Assembly: GCF_018977255.1 (NCBI RefSeq)
Contig: NW_024704743.1
Location: 73,596,001-73,660,000 of the forward strand
DNA length: 64,000 nucleotides
From: Callorhinchus milii
Lineage: Eukaryota
Direction: 5' to 3'
Position numbers and translations under genes: made by a program. The notes beneath the pieces were generated by a model. That model was not told the DNA's origin. It saw nothing but the letters and a program-made list of their open reading frames with translations, and ran no database searches. This document shows positions 26,608 through 40,084 of the stretch, one piece after another. Every line of letters begins with the position of its first letter. The first letter of the stretch is position 1.

Positions 26608-27480
26608 TAACAACAACAAAATTACATTTGTAAAGCACCTCTCATGTCGGGAGGATGTCCCGTGGCGCTGGACAGTCAGTGTTTCGGATCCGAACTGGAG
26701 GTCGGGATTGGGGAGGATGGAGGGCAGGGAGAGAAGCAGGGTGATTGGAAGCACAATCGAAGAGGAGGGTCTTGAGATGGATCTTGAAGGTGGCAAGGGA
26801 GGGGGTGAGGTGGAGGAACCGCAGGATGCAGTTCCAGAGAGTAGGGGCAGAGTGGCAGAAGGCCCACCCGCCACTGGAGGGGTGGGCGAGGCGGGGGAGG
26901 TAAAGCAAGCCGGTGCCCACTGAGCGGAGGGAGTGAGCAAGATGGTAGGGAGATAGGAGGTTGCAGAGGTAAAGGGGAGCAAGACCATGGAGAGCTTTGA
27001 AGGTGAGGACCAGGATCTTGAACTTATCCTCTGAGTGATGGGAAGTCAGTGGAGTTGGGCGAGGATGGGGGTGATAGGGTCACGGAGCCTGGTATGGGAG
27101 AGGACACAGGTTGCAGAGTTCTGGATGATCTGCAGCCTATGGAGGGAGACGTTGGGGAGACTGACAAACAAGGAGTTTGCATAGTCAAGTCTGGATGATA
27201 TGAATGCGTGTATGAGGGTTTCAGTTGCCTGCGGTGTGAGACAGTATCGGAGCCGGGCGATGTTGCGGAGGTGGAGGAAGGCAGAGCAGGTCATGGCGCA
27301 GATATGAGGTAGAGAGGATAGTTGAGAGTCAAACAAGACCCCAAGGTTCCGGACTGGCTCAGTAACGTGGAATGTGCAACCATGGATGGTGATGCTGTCA
27401 GTGCATTAGGTGTGGAAGCGCTGACGGGAGCCAATCAGGAGAGCCTCGGGCTTGTTGACGTTCAACTGAAGAAAGTTAGG
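26608..27480 (-). mobile_element. L2 LINE 3' ~0.9 kb
   Basis: ORFs FLHLRNIARLR..TLIHAFISSRLDYANSL..LAQLH and APTLWN..FKIHLKTLLF; (aac)n tail. Confidence 0.93.
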
Positions 27481-27489
27481 AACTGACTC

Positions 27490-27593
27490 ATACAGTCAAT
27501 TCACTTTACAGTATATTCTGTGAAGCGCTTTGAGACATCTCAACGACGTGATAAGGCTCTATATCAAATGCAAGGATTATTATTTTATTATTA
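27490..27593 (+). mobile_element. Young SINE, 3' part of the interrupted copy
   Basis: atacagtcaattcactttacag...aaatgcaaggattatta resumes where 26600 stops. Confidence 0.85.
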
Positions 27594-27975
27594 TGTAGTA
27601 CCATTTACATCTGGAGGATATCCCAAGACGCTGGACAGTCCACGGTTTGTATCCAAGTTGGGGGTTGGGGCAAGGGAGATGAAGAGTGAAAAGATGGCTG
27701 AAAGCGCAATCAAAGAGAAAGGTTTTAAGGCGTATATGTTTTAAGGCAAATATCAAAGGAGAGAAGAAACGAGTGAATGGGATTCCAGGATGGAGTTCCA
27801 GAGAGTGGGAACAGATACATTGAAAACCAGACCACTAATGGGACTTGAAGCAGGCTGGTACTTTCTGAGCAGAGGGATTGGTCAGGTTAGTAGGGTTTGA
27901 GCAGGTTGCAGATGTAGGGTGGGAATGCCATGTAAGGATTTAAAGGTTAAGATGAGGATCTTGAACTTTACAATC
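27594..27975 (-). mobile_element. Older L2 3' fragment
   Basis: ggaggatatcccaagacgctggacagt tail; gatgaggatcttgaactt (KFKILI antisense). Confidence 0.75.
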
Positions 27976-29019
27976 TAACCCATTCTGGGAAGCAACGTGA
28001 GCTGTTTATTACTGATTATTTTATTGTTTTAATGAGCAGAAATGCAAATGGTACAAGATACAAGCTACAACATATATATCTTCACTTTCTGCACATTTTG
28101 TAGGTCATCGGTTTAATGCATTAAACAAGTAAGAAACAGACAATCCTTATCTTTGTTTCTTTTACTGAGACCATAATTTACTATTTGGATCCAGTCAGAC
28201 ATGAAAAATCACTGTCTCAAATATCTTGGTCAAAAACTCCGTCAATTATTCAGCTGGTAAAGCCAATGTTTAGTGTGTGACTGGGCCAAACAGCCCATGG
28301 GGGACCCAGGTTTAATACTAGTCGTTGGGGTGGTGGTATAGCCACAACATTTCATCTCAGTTCATCTCAAAGCATACAGACAGGCAACATCATTCCCCCT
28401 CTATGATGGATTGGCATATTAGCCATTACACCACCCACACAAGCACCACAACAAACCCTAAGCTATTTATCTGCTAATCATACCCAGCAACCAGCATGAA
28501 GCTGCAATAAACAAGGCAGGCAGGATGCTGAGCGACACTGCTGCATCTGTTCAGTTCAGGACTCCAAGAAACAAAGCTCAAGCTGTACAGCACATGGTCT
28601 GTCCACACATCGGGTACTGAATACAGTTCTGATCATCCCAACAAGGGAGCCATTGATGCCCCTGAGGGAGTGTAGAGGAGGGTATCATGACTGATCCCCA
28701 TTGTTAGACAGAAGAGCTATAAGGAATGACTAGATAAGACAACAATAAAATTATTTTTGTGCCTTTCACATCAAAGTGCTTCACACAACTATGAGCCCAA
28801 GCTGAGGGGAGGCAGGCAAGGTAGTTGTAAGCACCATTGAACAAATGGGTCTTAAGACAGGTTTCTTAGTTGGGGCTATGGGCCTGCAGGAAAAGAGTGG
28901 AAATAATCATTATCCCTCCAACTCCCGCAGATAAGGCAACTGGTTAGTCAATGTCTTCTTATCTGTGGTTCCAATCTCCTTAACCTCCCTGGTCTAGTCC
29001 TCAGACTAACCTGTATGTA

Positions 29020-29645
29020 GCCGAGGCATCAGGTTCCATCCTCAGCTGTCCTTTCTCCCACATTGTGTCCCTGACCAGGGCTGCTGTGCTCCACCTCCAT
29101 GATACTGCCTACCCGCCGAACGTAATTCATACTAAATGCAGCTGAAACCTTTATCTACGCATTCGTCACCTCCCGCCACAATTAATCCAATGCCCTCCTT
29201 GCCGGTCTCCCAATTATTCAAAACTCTTCCACCTGTATCCTCACCAAACTCCTTAGCCCCATCACCCTAGTCCTTGCCAGGCTCTACTGGCTCCCTATTA
29301 CTGAACGGATCGATATCAAGACGCTCACACTCATGTACAAATCACTTCCTGTCCTGCCACCACCCAACCTCTCCGACCTGTATATACCCCACTGCACCAG
29401 TCACCGCCTCCACTCGGCTGGTTCAGGCCTCCTGCATGTTCCTCTGCTTTGACATCTGCTTTCAGCCACTTCTCTCCGAAACTATGGAACTCTCCACCTC
29501 AAACCCTCTGCCTTGCCTCCTCCTTCCCCGTCTTCAGATGACATCTGAAGACTTTCCTCTTCAACTGAGCTACGGTCACTTCCCCCATTCCCTGGCTCAG
29601 CGATAGGCATAAAGGGCGATTTATAAATGCAAGTTGTTGTTGTTT
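29020..29645 (+). mobile_element. L2 3' fragment
   Basis: gctgaaacctttatctacgcattcgtcacctcccgc; ctctactggctccct; tail aaagggcgatttataaatgcaagttgttgttg. Confidence 0.85.
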
Positions 29646-32109
29646 GTCATCAGTAATACCTTTGAGTACTGTGAATCTACCTGGATTAGGAACCAGGTTC
29701 TGAGACCGCCCAGAGGATTGACTTGATTCTGACATTCTGTTTCCAAGCATGACATTTCCACCTTTTCTCAGCACAGTCCCACAGGATAGGGTGCTCAAAA
29801 AAATGTGTACCCACCACTGTCCCCAGATACCAATAACAAACAATTGGATGGTTTCCCGTTGTATCCTCCAATCAATACCTCCTCTCTCAAACTGAACAGA
29901 GCCATCATACTGCTGCTATGGCACCCACTGAGTGGCCCTGGTTCAAGTGTATTGCACAAAGTGAGACTGCCAACAACACAGTGCTCCTGTGAGCAATGGA
30001 GCTCAATGAATTAATTGCAAGTCCTGGGGTATAATACTAAACGAAGGGAGGGGAAGAGGGGAAAGAGAGGAAACGTCTCTACATTTTCCCACAGCACAAA
30101 TTGGAAATATCATCTTCAAATAAACACTTGACAATTCAAAAAGTACAAAACTATTGCTGCTCAAGAGAACCTGCAGTGTTAGCTGGTTACGAAGGGAGGG
30201 AAGAAGTGAAGGAGCATATACCAGGAACCCTTGAGACATGCAAAATAGTTTTCACAAGAGCGCTTTGAAGTTATACATTGAAATCTGAGAACAGCAGCAA
30301 TTTCAAATGTCAGCCTTTTTTCCCTGCAAATTATTTTAACGCTGTAGGACACCACATTGCATTTGTTAGTTTCAAGAGTTCTCATTAAATTAATAAGCTC
30401 CCGGAAAAAAGCACCACCGTGCAAAAAAAAAATTAGCTCCAGGCTTCCTCACATGTGGTCTGGGTAGGAACAATTAATCAAACTGTAAATAAAGCCCAAT
30501 TAGTTTTTATTACAGGATTTTAAAATCGTATTTCACAAATGAAAGGAAATGTTTACCATGATGCTTTTTTTAGGTGTTCAGTATTTCACTGAACACATGA
30601 AACAATGCAAACCACTGAGTCCTGCAATATCAATGGGGAGCGTTCGCATGCGCGAAGTACCAGGAATTGTACAAACTTATCTCCAGACAAGGGCCAGATG
30701 CTCAATGTTGGTTTCTTTCTGTTTTAACAACCAGCAATAAATCACCCATGGAATCCATTCATAGAACCATAGAAATTACATATGCCATTCAACCCATGTA
30801 GCTATGCTAGTGCCCACTGCCCTACTGGAACTCTACACTCTAACCCAAACAACAACATACACTTGCGTTTATATACAGCCCACTGAGAATTGACTATATT
30901 TTGCCCACAAAATATACCGTCAATTCACTTTGCAGTACAATATATCCTGTGAAGCGCTTTGAGATGTCTCAAAGACAATATCAAAATACAAGAATTATTT
31001 TATTATTATTATTTCACCCACAATAGCATCTCACAGGGCTGCTCAGTGATATGCTTGACACCTAGCAAGGGAGAAATGGGAGGTCGAAGAGGTAGTATAG
31101 ATAAAGAGTTATTGAAACAAGAGGTTCCACAGGTTAGGATTGTGGTGGCTGAAGGCACGGCCATCGACAGTGGTAGAGAGGGTCTGGGGATGTGCAGAAG
31201 ACCTGTGTTAGTTCCCGCTACATAATCTTTTTAAGTTCTCTCTGTTGAAATTGTGAACTAATGCAATAATTCTTCTGCTATTTCATGAGTGGAAGCTGTA
31301 ACACAGAGGTGTAGGAATTGAATAGGCTTTGAGTACCTTGTCCCATGCAGCAGGCAAATAGAGATAAGGGGAAGAGGGAGGTGACCATAAGAGTCAAAGA
31401 GTTAGTTTTTGAGGAAGGATTTAAAGATAGATAAAGAGGCGTGAGGTGGAAGGATAGAAGCCGGGAGTTCCAGAAGTTAGGCTTGGAGTTATGACTGAAG
31501 GTTTGGCCACCGATGATGGTGGGGAGGGACGTCGAGGCTAAAGGTAAACTTTTCAATAACCTGAAGTAGAAGCAAAAATGGAGAATGGGACCGAGAACAG
31601 AAAATCAGGCTCAACACAGAGGACAAGTAACAGACTTATTGATAGAATCAGAAGTGTAATGTGAGCTAACATCTGGTACGAGAGGTGATAAATACACAAA
31701 ATAATTTGATTTATAGAAACAGGAGCAAGCCATTCATCGCATCAAGCCTTTCCCATCTTTTAATTAGATCATGGCACTTGTTGCTGGATACCCTCCAAGG
31801 TTATCATATCTATCCTTTGGCAGGCACTCAAAACCTAACACAATATTCCAAACAAACTCCCACCAATAGTCTAGACAAACTACAACACTGCCTTGCTTTT
31901 GTATTCCAGATCCCCTGTTACATAGTTTAGCATTCCCTTAGTCTTCAACATTGCTTCCTTAAATCCCTTTGTGCATCTAGTTTCTAAAAGAGTGATGCCC
32001 AACCTGATTACAAGGACTGTATCATTTTCAAAGGCTCTCTTCATATCTCAGTTTTCTCCATCAGTAATTCTATACCAATTGGGAGTGCTAACAACTGAGC
32101 CAAGTGCCA

Positions 32110-32490
32110 GGCTGTCTCGGTTGGTAGCTCTCTTGCCTCTGAGTCAGAAGGCTGTGGGATATACATCAAGACTTGGAACTCATATAGTCAAAGCTGACAC
32201 TCCAATGCAGTGCGAGTGGAGTGGTGCATTATTGGAGGCGCCGTCCTTCAGATGAGATGTTAAACTGAGATCCTGTCTGCCTGTTATTAAAGATCCCATG
32301 GCACGATTCAAAAAGAGAAGTGTTCTGGCCAACATTCCCCCAAATTAAATTGTTCATTCACTTTATGATTGTTTGTGGGACAGTGTTGTTCCCAACTACA
32401 CAGTCACTACACTTTACAGTAAATCCTCTGAAGTACTTTGAGATGTTTAAACAATGTGATGAGGCACTATATAAAATGAAAGGATTATTT
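32110..32490 (+). mobile_element. Old tRNA-headed Deu-domain SINE
   Basis: ggttggtagctctcttgcctctgagtcagaagg head; aaagatcccatggcac body; tail. Confidence 0.82.
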
Positions 32491-32624
32491 ATACCTGCTG
32501 TGAAGAATAACTCACAGTAGCTGGAAAAAGATGTGGCAACTTTATACTGAATTTGGAGTACCACCATAAAATATATAGTTACTTTAATAAAGATCATAAG
32601 TTTCACCTTGCTATACAATAATAT

Positions 32625-32696
32625 AAATGCTAAGGGGGGGGAAAGTGAACAGAAATGAACTGAATTTCTGTTCACTTTTACCCCCCCTTAGCATTT
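32625..32696. repeat. Near-perfect inverted repeat (~32-bp arms, 7-nt loop)
   Basis: aaatgctaa-G8-aaagtgaacagaaat / gaactga / atttctgttcactttta-C7-ttagcattt. Confidence 0.95.
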
Positions 32697-32749
32697 TACT
32701 TTTAGCAAAAACAATCTAGGTCAGTACCAAATAATTATGAAAATAATAA

Positions 32750-32992
32750 TGGTATTTTTTGTATTGATATAGCACCTTATCACATTGTTGAGACATCTTA
32801 AAGTGCATCACAGGTTACACTGTAAAATTATTTGAATGTGTATTTTGTGAGCGAAACGCGGCAGCCAATTGTGTACAGCCAATAGCAGTCGTGGATTGAG
32901 TGACCAAATTATTATTTTATTATTTTCTTTGGAAAAATTATTAACCCCAGAAAGAGATCTGCCAATCGACTGACAACTTGGGTTCCTACTTG
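32750..32992 (-). mobile_element. Young-family SINE 3' part (long subtype)
   Basis: gcgaaacgcggcagccaatt, gtggattgagtgaccaaa, ctgccaatcgactgacaac..gggttcctact. Confidence 0.8.
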
Positions 32993-33379
32993 GAAATGTA
33001 AAAATAATACTTTTCTCTAAAATACATTGGTTTGTTACAACAGAATAAACAAATCATTTTGGGTTTAAACCCCAGGAGTTGTACGTATAATTTAATTAAT
33101 CGTGTGCTATTAAGCACTCCTGCTCCTGAATAATGCTTGCACCTGTATTCTCCAGCTGGAAGTATTGCACATTAAAACTCCTTTCGCATCACCATGGTAA
33201 TGTTCTCTCAGGATCAGTCCTCATGATGTACTTCCAATCTGCTAAACCAGTTGAAGTAGATATGAATCTGTACTGCAGAACAGAAGATGGCTTTCGATCA
33301 TTATCACTATACTTGAAGTCTTTCAATCTGTCGCGTTACCTGTTAAATTAGCTCTGAATCACTGTTGCGCTATATAATC

Positions 33380-33725
33380 CTTGAATTAATTATCACGTCA
33401 TTGAAACATCTCAAAGGGTTTCTCAAGATTTACTATAAAGGATACAGACTGTATATTTTGTAGGCAAACCCAGCAGTCAATTTGCACTCAGCAATATTCC
33501 CCAATTATATGACCAATTATATCTCGAGGATCATTGACTGGGGCATTGGGCTTGTGCCATGGGATTTTGAACACTCACCTGAACAAGTCTAATGTCTCAT
33601 CAGAAAGATAGCACCTCTGAAAATGCAGCACTCCCCCTGAACTGCACTGGAGCATCAACCTGGATTATGACCTAGATTAAGTCCTGCCATGAGACTTGAA
33701 TCCACAATTTACTGACTTAGAGGTA
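33380..33725 (-). mobile_element. Old Deu-domain SINE
   Basis: gtgccatgggatttt, atagcacctctga, tgcagcactccc, cttgaatccacaa. Confidence 0.7.
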
Positions 33726-36700
33726 ACAGGCAAACAATTCAGTCAGGTGACACATGAGCATGATATGATCAGGGCTTTCCAAAAACATTTACATACAGTG
33801 GAGTTTGTTGAAATACGCGCATACCTGCAGTTTGTATTTATATTTGTGTTTGTATTTTTACAGCACTATTGTTGTTGTAAATGGCAATTGATGTTTCCCT
33901 GTACTTTTTTTCTCACTTTGACAAGTGTTTGTACCAGTTCCCAGCAACAATACCATAGCAGTTGTTGGTGTTCATTGGCTCAAAGCTTCTATCCAGACAT
34001 TCTGACGACTACAACCAAAAACTTTTTAATAGCAAAAACATAAAAGACTACATTTGGGTGGAAGATTCTACAGACATGCATTTTAATCAACTTATTTAGA
34101 GAGATATGGCACAAACCAAGCCATTTGACCTAACTAGTCCATGCCGGGATTTATACTCCTCAGGAGCTCCCGTCCCTGGTAATCCCCTCTCCTATATTCC
34201 TATATTCCCTTCTACCTCATGTATGCACCAAGTGTCCTCTTCATATGTTGATGATTTTTGCTTCAAACACAGCTTCCGGCAGCGAGTTATATATTCTCAC
34301 CAACTTCTGAGTGAAGAAGTTCTGTCTAAACACTCCTATAGACCTACTACTAGTTATCTTATATGTATGCCCTCTAGTTTAGCGCTGTCGAACCCAGTGG
34401 CCACTGGCCATATGTTTACCAGACGTTTTGACGAGATAAGGTGACAGAAAATCCCACAAGTTGAAACGCAAGTTGATTCAACAAAGTGGAAGTGGCCACA
34501 TCTGAAAAGCAAGAGGTTGGATAGCACTGTTCTAGTTTTAGGCTCAGTAACATAAACCTACACAAGGCTCTTTATAACTCTTTGGGCCACTCGCCGAGAT
34601 CATATCAACTGGACCTCCAACAGAGAGGACCAGGGCTTCTCACTGGGAAAAGGTGCTCATCCAGCACCCTAGAGAACAGTATTAGGATAGGCCAGGTATC
34701 CGGCCAGTACTGCTGCTCCCTTTCCCCCCACCCACCATTGACCTCAATGCTCAGGATGAACTATCTGAAAATATTTGTTGAGTACAACTTTGCATTTACG
34801 TAGTGCCATTCACATTGGGTAGAATCTAGGAGTGCTGCACAATGACTTAATTTGATGCTGAGCCAAGGAGAAAGGCACAGTCAAAGTGGAAAGTCTTCAG
34901 TCTTCAAAGAGGACAGCTAAAGAGGGGACAAGGTCAACAGTTTGAGGCAGAAAGTTCCGGAGGTTCAGGACGTAGTGGCTGAAAGTGTTAAGTGAGACCA
35001 GGTTCTGCCAAGGTCTGCCAGTTTAAGCTCTCCGTGATGCAACCTGCGGGAAGGGCGATTAGATGTAAGTTTTGCTCCTCACCCAATAAGCTGGGGCTCC
35101 TCTCCAAGAAACATTCATGAGAAAGCAGTTTGCAATAAATCATGCTGACATCCATCACATTTAAAGTGCCTTTGCTGCAGTTTGGTGATTTTGATTGCAA
35201 AAGCCATTGTGATGGTGCTGACAAAGAAGATTTGCGTCCTGACCAGTGTGTGACAAGCATACATAGGTGTGCTTCACACTTTTGTGCAAAACAGCAACAT
35301 CTCAAGGTCAAGTTAGGTGGGAAACTGTGGAATAAGAGGAGGCAGCAATGATCTCTCAAAGAGAGTTTGATGAGCTTTACACATGGGTTGATCACTGGCA
35401 AATGCAGATTAATAGTGAAAAATACAAGGAATGTACTATGTATAGGATTCAAGAATAGCATCAACTCACACAGCTGACTAGTACCTCACTCGGGGTTTGG
35501 GGTGGGGGAAGCTGACCTTCTGCTATTTTTACAATGTGCGTAATGATATTACAGGTTCTCGCACGAGTGTAATTGGAACCCGTTTGGGTCTATGGGTTGG
35601 ATCGCTCTGGCATTCCTGCAAACTTGTTTTGTGTGAGACTATCTGTCATCATACACTGTGCAATTGTTCTCTCTGAATCATTTTTTTCCTCACCAATGAT
35701 CAAAACATCAGTAACAGAGGCCAGGAGACAAGCCTGAATTTCACCAGATAATTTTCTTGCTGGACATATCTTTCCTATATCTATTATAGGAAAAATGTTC
35801 TGGGACATTACCCAGCATGAAGAGCGCTATATAAATGCAAGTTGTTGTTGTTATTATTTAGGAAGCATGAGTGTTGGAACTTCCATGCCTGCACAAAGCG
35901 TTTGATGGTATCATGGTGGATTGTGGCCGGAGGCTGGCATTTTTGTTTGTTCAGTGATGGCAACATACGGTGCAGGCAACAGCAAATCCAATATCAATTA
36001 GGATTCAAGCAAGTTTGATGACAGGAACTTGTATTGTTTTCCTCACAGGTTGTTGGCTGGTAAACTGGCAATTACTAGATGCAGAAGGCACTATTCAGGA
36101 CAACCACATGAAAAACAAAGCTGGCCTATCAGTGCTGGAAGACCAGAAAGGTAGTGCACTTCTGATAAACCTGCTCTGCGCTATAAGTGGACCTGCTGTA
36201 GACCAGTTCCAGAAGCTTGAAATACAGTACCAAAGCAGAGGCTTAACAACAACAATTTACATTAATATGGGGCTTCTCAGGGGAGCTGAGCCTCCACGTC
36301 TAGTAACGGGGTCGATTTGGATATACATCACCTAGAACAATAAATAAAAAAGTCTTCCTGAAGTTCCAACAAGTACACTTTTGTTAAGAATATTTCAGTG
36401 AAGTTAGTTCCTTTAGCAAAACCAATCCCAGAACTGTTAGGAACTTCATACATGAAACACCTTACTTGGGATACCTGCCTGTTTGAACATCCTGACAAAT
36501 CCAAAACTTCCAGAAAGTCTTAAAAGTAGAGGATTTTTCAAGACTTTAAAAGTACTTCAGGCTTCTTACATCTTAGCCTATGAGATTGTTAGGGTCCTTT
36601 CCTATATTACCCCTTGCTTGGATACTGCAGACACTGAGACAGCAAATCAGAGAGGACCATTATCGAGAATCTCCCACGTGTTTTAGAAGACCAGAAACTA

Positions 36701-37434
36701 TGTGATTTGACTCTCAAACTCCAGGGCCACAATAAGTGTTCTAATAACACAGTCAGCATTAGCAGACCACCTGAACTGCACCAGCTAGCTTAGTATTTAT
36801 CAGAGATCGAGCGATGAGAAAATCACTGTTCTTTACCACTGTTTTTCCTGTTATATATTCCATTGTTTGTAGGTCATGGAGGCAGCCAATAAATATGGCA
36901 CCAACATCTGTGCCAAGCTATATTACTGAAGTATCGTTTCTTATATCAGCTTTAAAGTAGGGATAAATGGCTAAAGCCTAATTAAGGAAGCTAAAAATAT
37001 GACTCCATTTGTTCTGCAACTTTTAACAAGTTTTTTTTCTACTCCAGATTGCCATCTGCCAAGAGCAGTTTCAGTCCAAAAAAAGTCTGTGGAAGTTATC
37101 GCTACAGAGGAAATATTCATCCACAAAGAGAATTGAGCATCTCCGCCATCTGGTCAAATCAGATTATAATCAAGTCTGGGAATCTCCCTGTGGTCGGTAC
37201 CATCAGGAATATTCTTAAGAGGTTGCCATTTACCATTTGTGTTCACCGCAGGGAGTAAGTATGATGTATGACTGCTGGAATAGGCCAAATCTGCAACCCA
37301 CACAGTACATTGAATCCACAAATTATTCAAAGGCCAAAATCTTATCATGGTTTGTAGATGTGACATTGCTCCCACTTTAAAAATACAGGTTCTCCCGTTT
37401 ACTTTTCGAATCCGGTTCATACAAAGATTTAGGT

Positions 37435-37680
37435 GTCAGCTCAGTTGGTAGCTCTCTCTCTTCTGGGTTGGAAAGGTGTAGGTTCAGGCCCTCGCATTGG
37501 GGTTTTGAGCTCACAATCCAGGTTGACATTCCAGTGCAGTCCTTGGGGAATGCTGCATCGGTCAAGAATTCCATCCTTTGGATGAGATGTTAAAGCAGCC
37601 CCGTCTACCTGTTCAGGTGGATGTTAAAGATCTCACGGCGCTATTCAAAAAGGAAAGTTTCTCCCGGTGTCCTACCTAAC
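37435..37680 (+). mobile_element. Old tRNA-headed SINE, 5' two-thirds
   Basis: gctcagttggtagc head; ggatgagatgttaaa; ttcaggtggatgttaaagatc. Confidence 0.78.
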
Positions 37681-38603
37681 GAAAGTTCTCTACCAAAAAA
37701 GTAAAGATTATTATTAATTATTATTATTATCAAATTGAGTCTGCAATGGCTTTCAGATTCAATCCCACTGCTTTGCCTTATTCGCATACCCCTTCAAACC
37801 TCCACTCTTCATACTTTGTGTGGCAATCTGATTATCAGCACCCTTTCCCATCTATCAATTTTTGAGGACATCAGAATTGCTCCTGTATGTAGTACAATAA
37901 TAGTGCAGAATCCAGGGTGCAATTCAAACTTCAATTCCATCTTTCAAAATGTGCACACACATCATTGACTTCTTCAATACAGATGGGAGATATCGAATTA
38001 GGCAGAACAAGCTGTGCAGAGATTTCACTATGTGATTGACTTAAATTGCTGGGTATTGTAACCCAACAACCATAAAAATGATTCAAGTTCTCCTCCAGCA
38101 GACTAGAGATCAGAGTGGGAAGAAGAGAAAGACTTTGATCACATTGCCAGCACACTCTGTTTATGCAAATGTTTCATAAACTCATTCACTGCATATCATA
38201 TCACCAGGCAACTTGCTACACCTCGGACTCATTTTGCATAGTTGTTCCAATGATAACATCTGGCATTCTCTATACGAAGTGCAGGTAGAATAGTACTGGA
38301 GAGCATCTCAGTGGTGGAGGAGATGACAATACCAGCGGGCCAGCAATTGCTTATGGTTTTTATGCTTAATACCACAGTCTTATAATTTAAGGTCATGCAG
38401 ATTGTTTTAAAAAATCTTAATTTGGAATCCATTTGTCAACAATTCATTCTTTTTAATTCTGGACAATCTTACATTTTTAGGCAACGGTCTTAAGTTCTTG
38501 CATTCTGGAAAATGTGAACTAATTTACTTACAAAGTTAAAAATCTGATTGTGTCCTTTCCTTTTAATGCAAAAGACTCCACACTGGACCATTTGAAGGAA
38601 TTC

Positions 38604-39036
38604 ATTGCCCACCTCCGACTGTAGCTTGCCCCAAATACAGCCGAAACCCTCGTGCATGCCTTTGTCACCTCCCGCTTGGATTACTCCAACGCACTCCTCA
38701 CCAGTCTCCCCAGCTCCACCATTCAAAAGATGCAGCTCATTCAAAACTCTGCTGCCCGCATACTGACCCGGACCAAACTCCGTACCCACATCTCACCAGT
38801 TCTGGCCAGGCTCCACTGGCTCCCTATCACCAAACGGATTGACTTCAAGATCCTCACACTTGTGTTCAAATCCGTTCACTCCCTGGCACCTCCCTACCTC
38901 TCCAACCTCCTCACTCCCCAATCCACCACCCGGCGCCTCTGCTCGACTGGTACCTGCCTCCTGCTCGTCCCTCGCACCCTCCACCCCACCATCGGAGGTC
39001 GCACTTTCAGCCACTACGCCCCAAAACTCTGGAATC
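38604..39036 (+). mobile_element. L2 ORF2 C-terminal fragment
   Basis: [46 protein letters not shown]. Confidence 0.93.
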
Positions 39037-39039
39037 ATT

Positions 39040-40080
39040 TGAGGTGAGGATGGGTGTGGCGTGAGAAGGTGGGCGGAGGAGCCGGTTTGTGATTGAGAAG
39101 TGGAGCCTGGGGTTGTCCTTAGCCTCCAAGATTGTCTTGGAGTAGAACGACGATTTAGTGGAGGCGAGGGCAGAGCCTAAAGATTTTATATGGTCCAGCC
39201 AAATCTGCCGTTGGACAGTTACGCTTGGTTTAAGCCAGGTTTAAGCGGAATGCGCCTGTGCTTTAAGGAAGAGGAGGTGGCTGGTGTACCAGGGTGATTT
39301 GCATGAGTAGAAGATGGTTCAGGAAGAGAGGGGAGTGAGGGAATCGAGAGTGGAGGAGAGGGAGCTGTGGAGAAGGGTGGCCGAGGAGAAGAGGTCATTA
39401 CGGGAGGACGCCCAGAGAAGGAGGAGTTCAGATGACTCCAAGGCAGCAGAGAGGGAGGGTGTGAGGGGGAGATTTTTTTAACATGGGCGGTATGAGATGG
39501 AGGTGGGTTGGGTGGTGGTGGGGAGAGGGATTGAGGAGTTAAGGGAGATGAAGTGATGGTCCGAGATCACTTTGTCGTTGATGGTGAGGTCTGAGTCAGT
39601 GAGGCCCTGAGTGATCACCAGGTCGAGGGGGTGACCGAGGACGTGGGTGGCGGAGTGAATATGGAGGGAGAGATTGAGGGAGGAGATAAGGGAGGAGAAG
39701 TCAGCAGAGGTACAGCAGGAGGGGGTGAAGTGACAGTTGAAATTGCCTCGGATGAGGAGGCGTTCAGAGCAAAGGGAGAGGGAAGATAGGAGGGTGGAGA
39801 TGTCAGGGATGGAGATGTCAGGGATGAAGGTGGCGGAGGGCTTGGGGGAAGTGGTAGATAAGGAGAATATTGAGGGAAAGGTTGCAGAGGTGATAAAGGG
39901 TAAGGTGCTCAAAAGAGGGGAAAGTTCCAGAGGAGTAAGGGGATAGGCTGAGCGGGGACCGGGAGATGAGAGCCACCATGGCAGGTTAGGTGGAGGGGTG
40001 TGATGGAAGGTGTAGCCGGGTGGTGTGGCCTCAGTCAGGGGGAAGGTGTCACCTGGAGTGATCCAGGTTTCAGTGAGGTT
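39040..40080 (-). mobile_element. L2 ORF2 APE-endonuclease region
   Basis: Antisense LTETWIT (atccaggtttcagtgag), LIRGNFNCH, THVLGHPLDLVI, ISDHHFI. Confidence 0.88.
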
Positions 40081-40084
40081 TTTA

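Noticed and set aside
33140..33345. Minus-strand exon candidate bounded by ag/gt
   Set aside because: All three frames contain stops and there is no recognisable homology.
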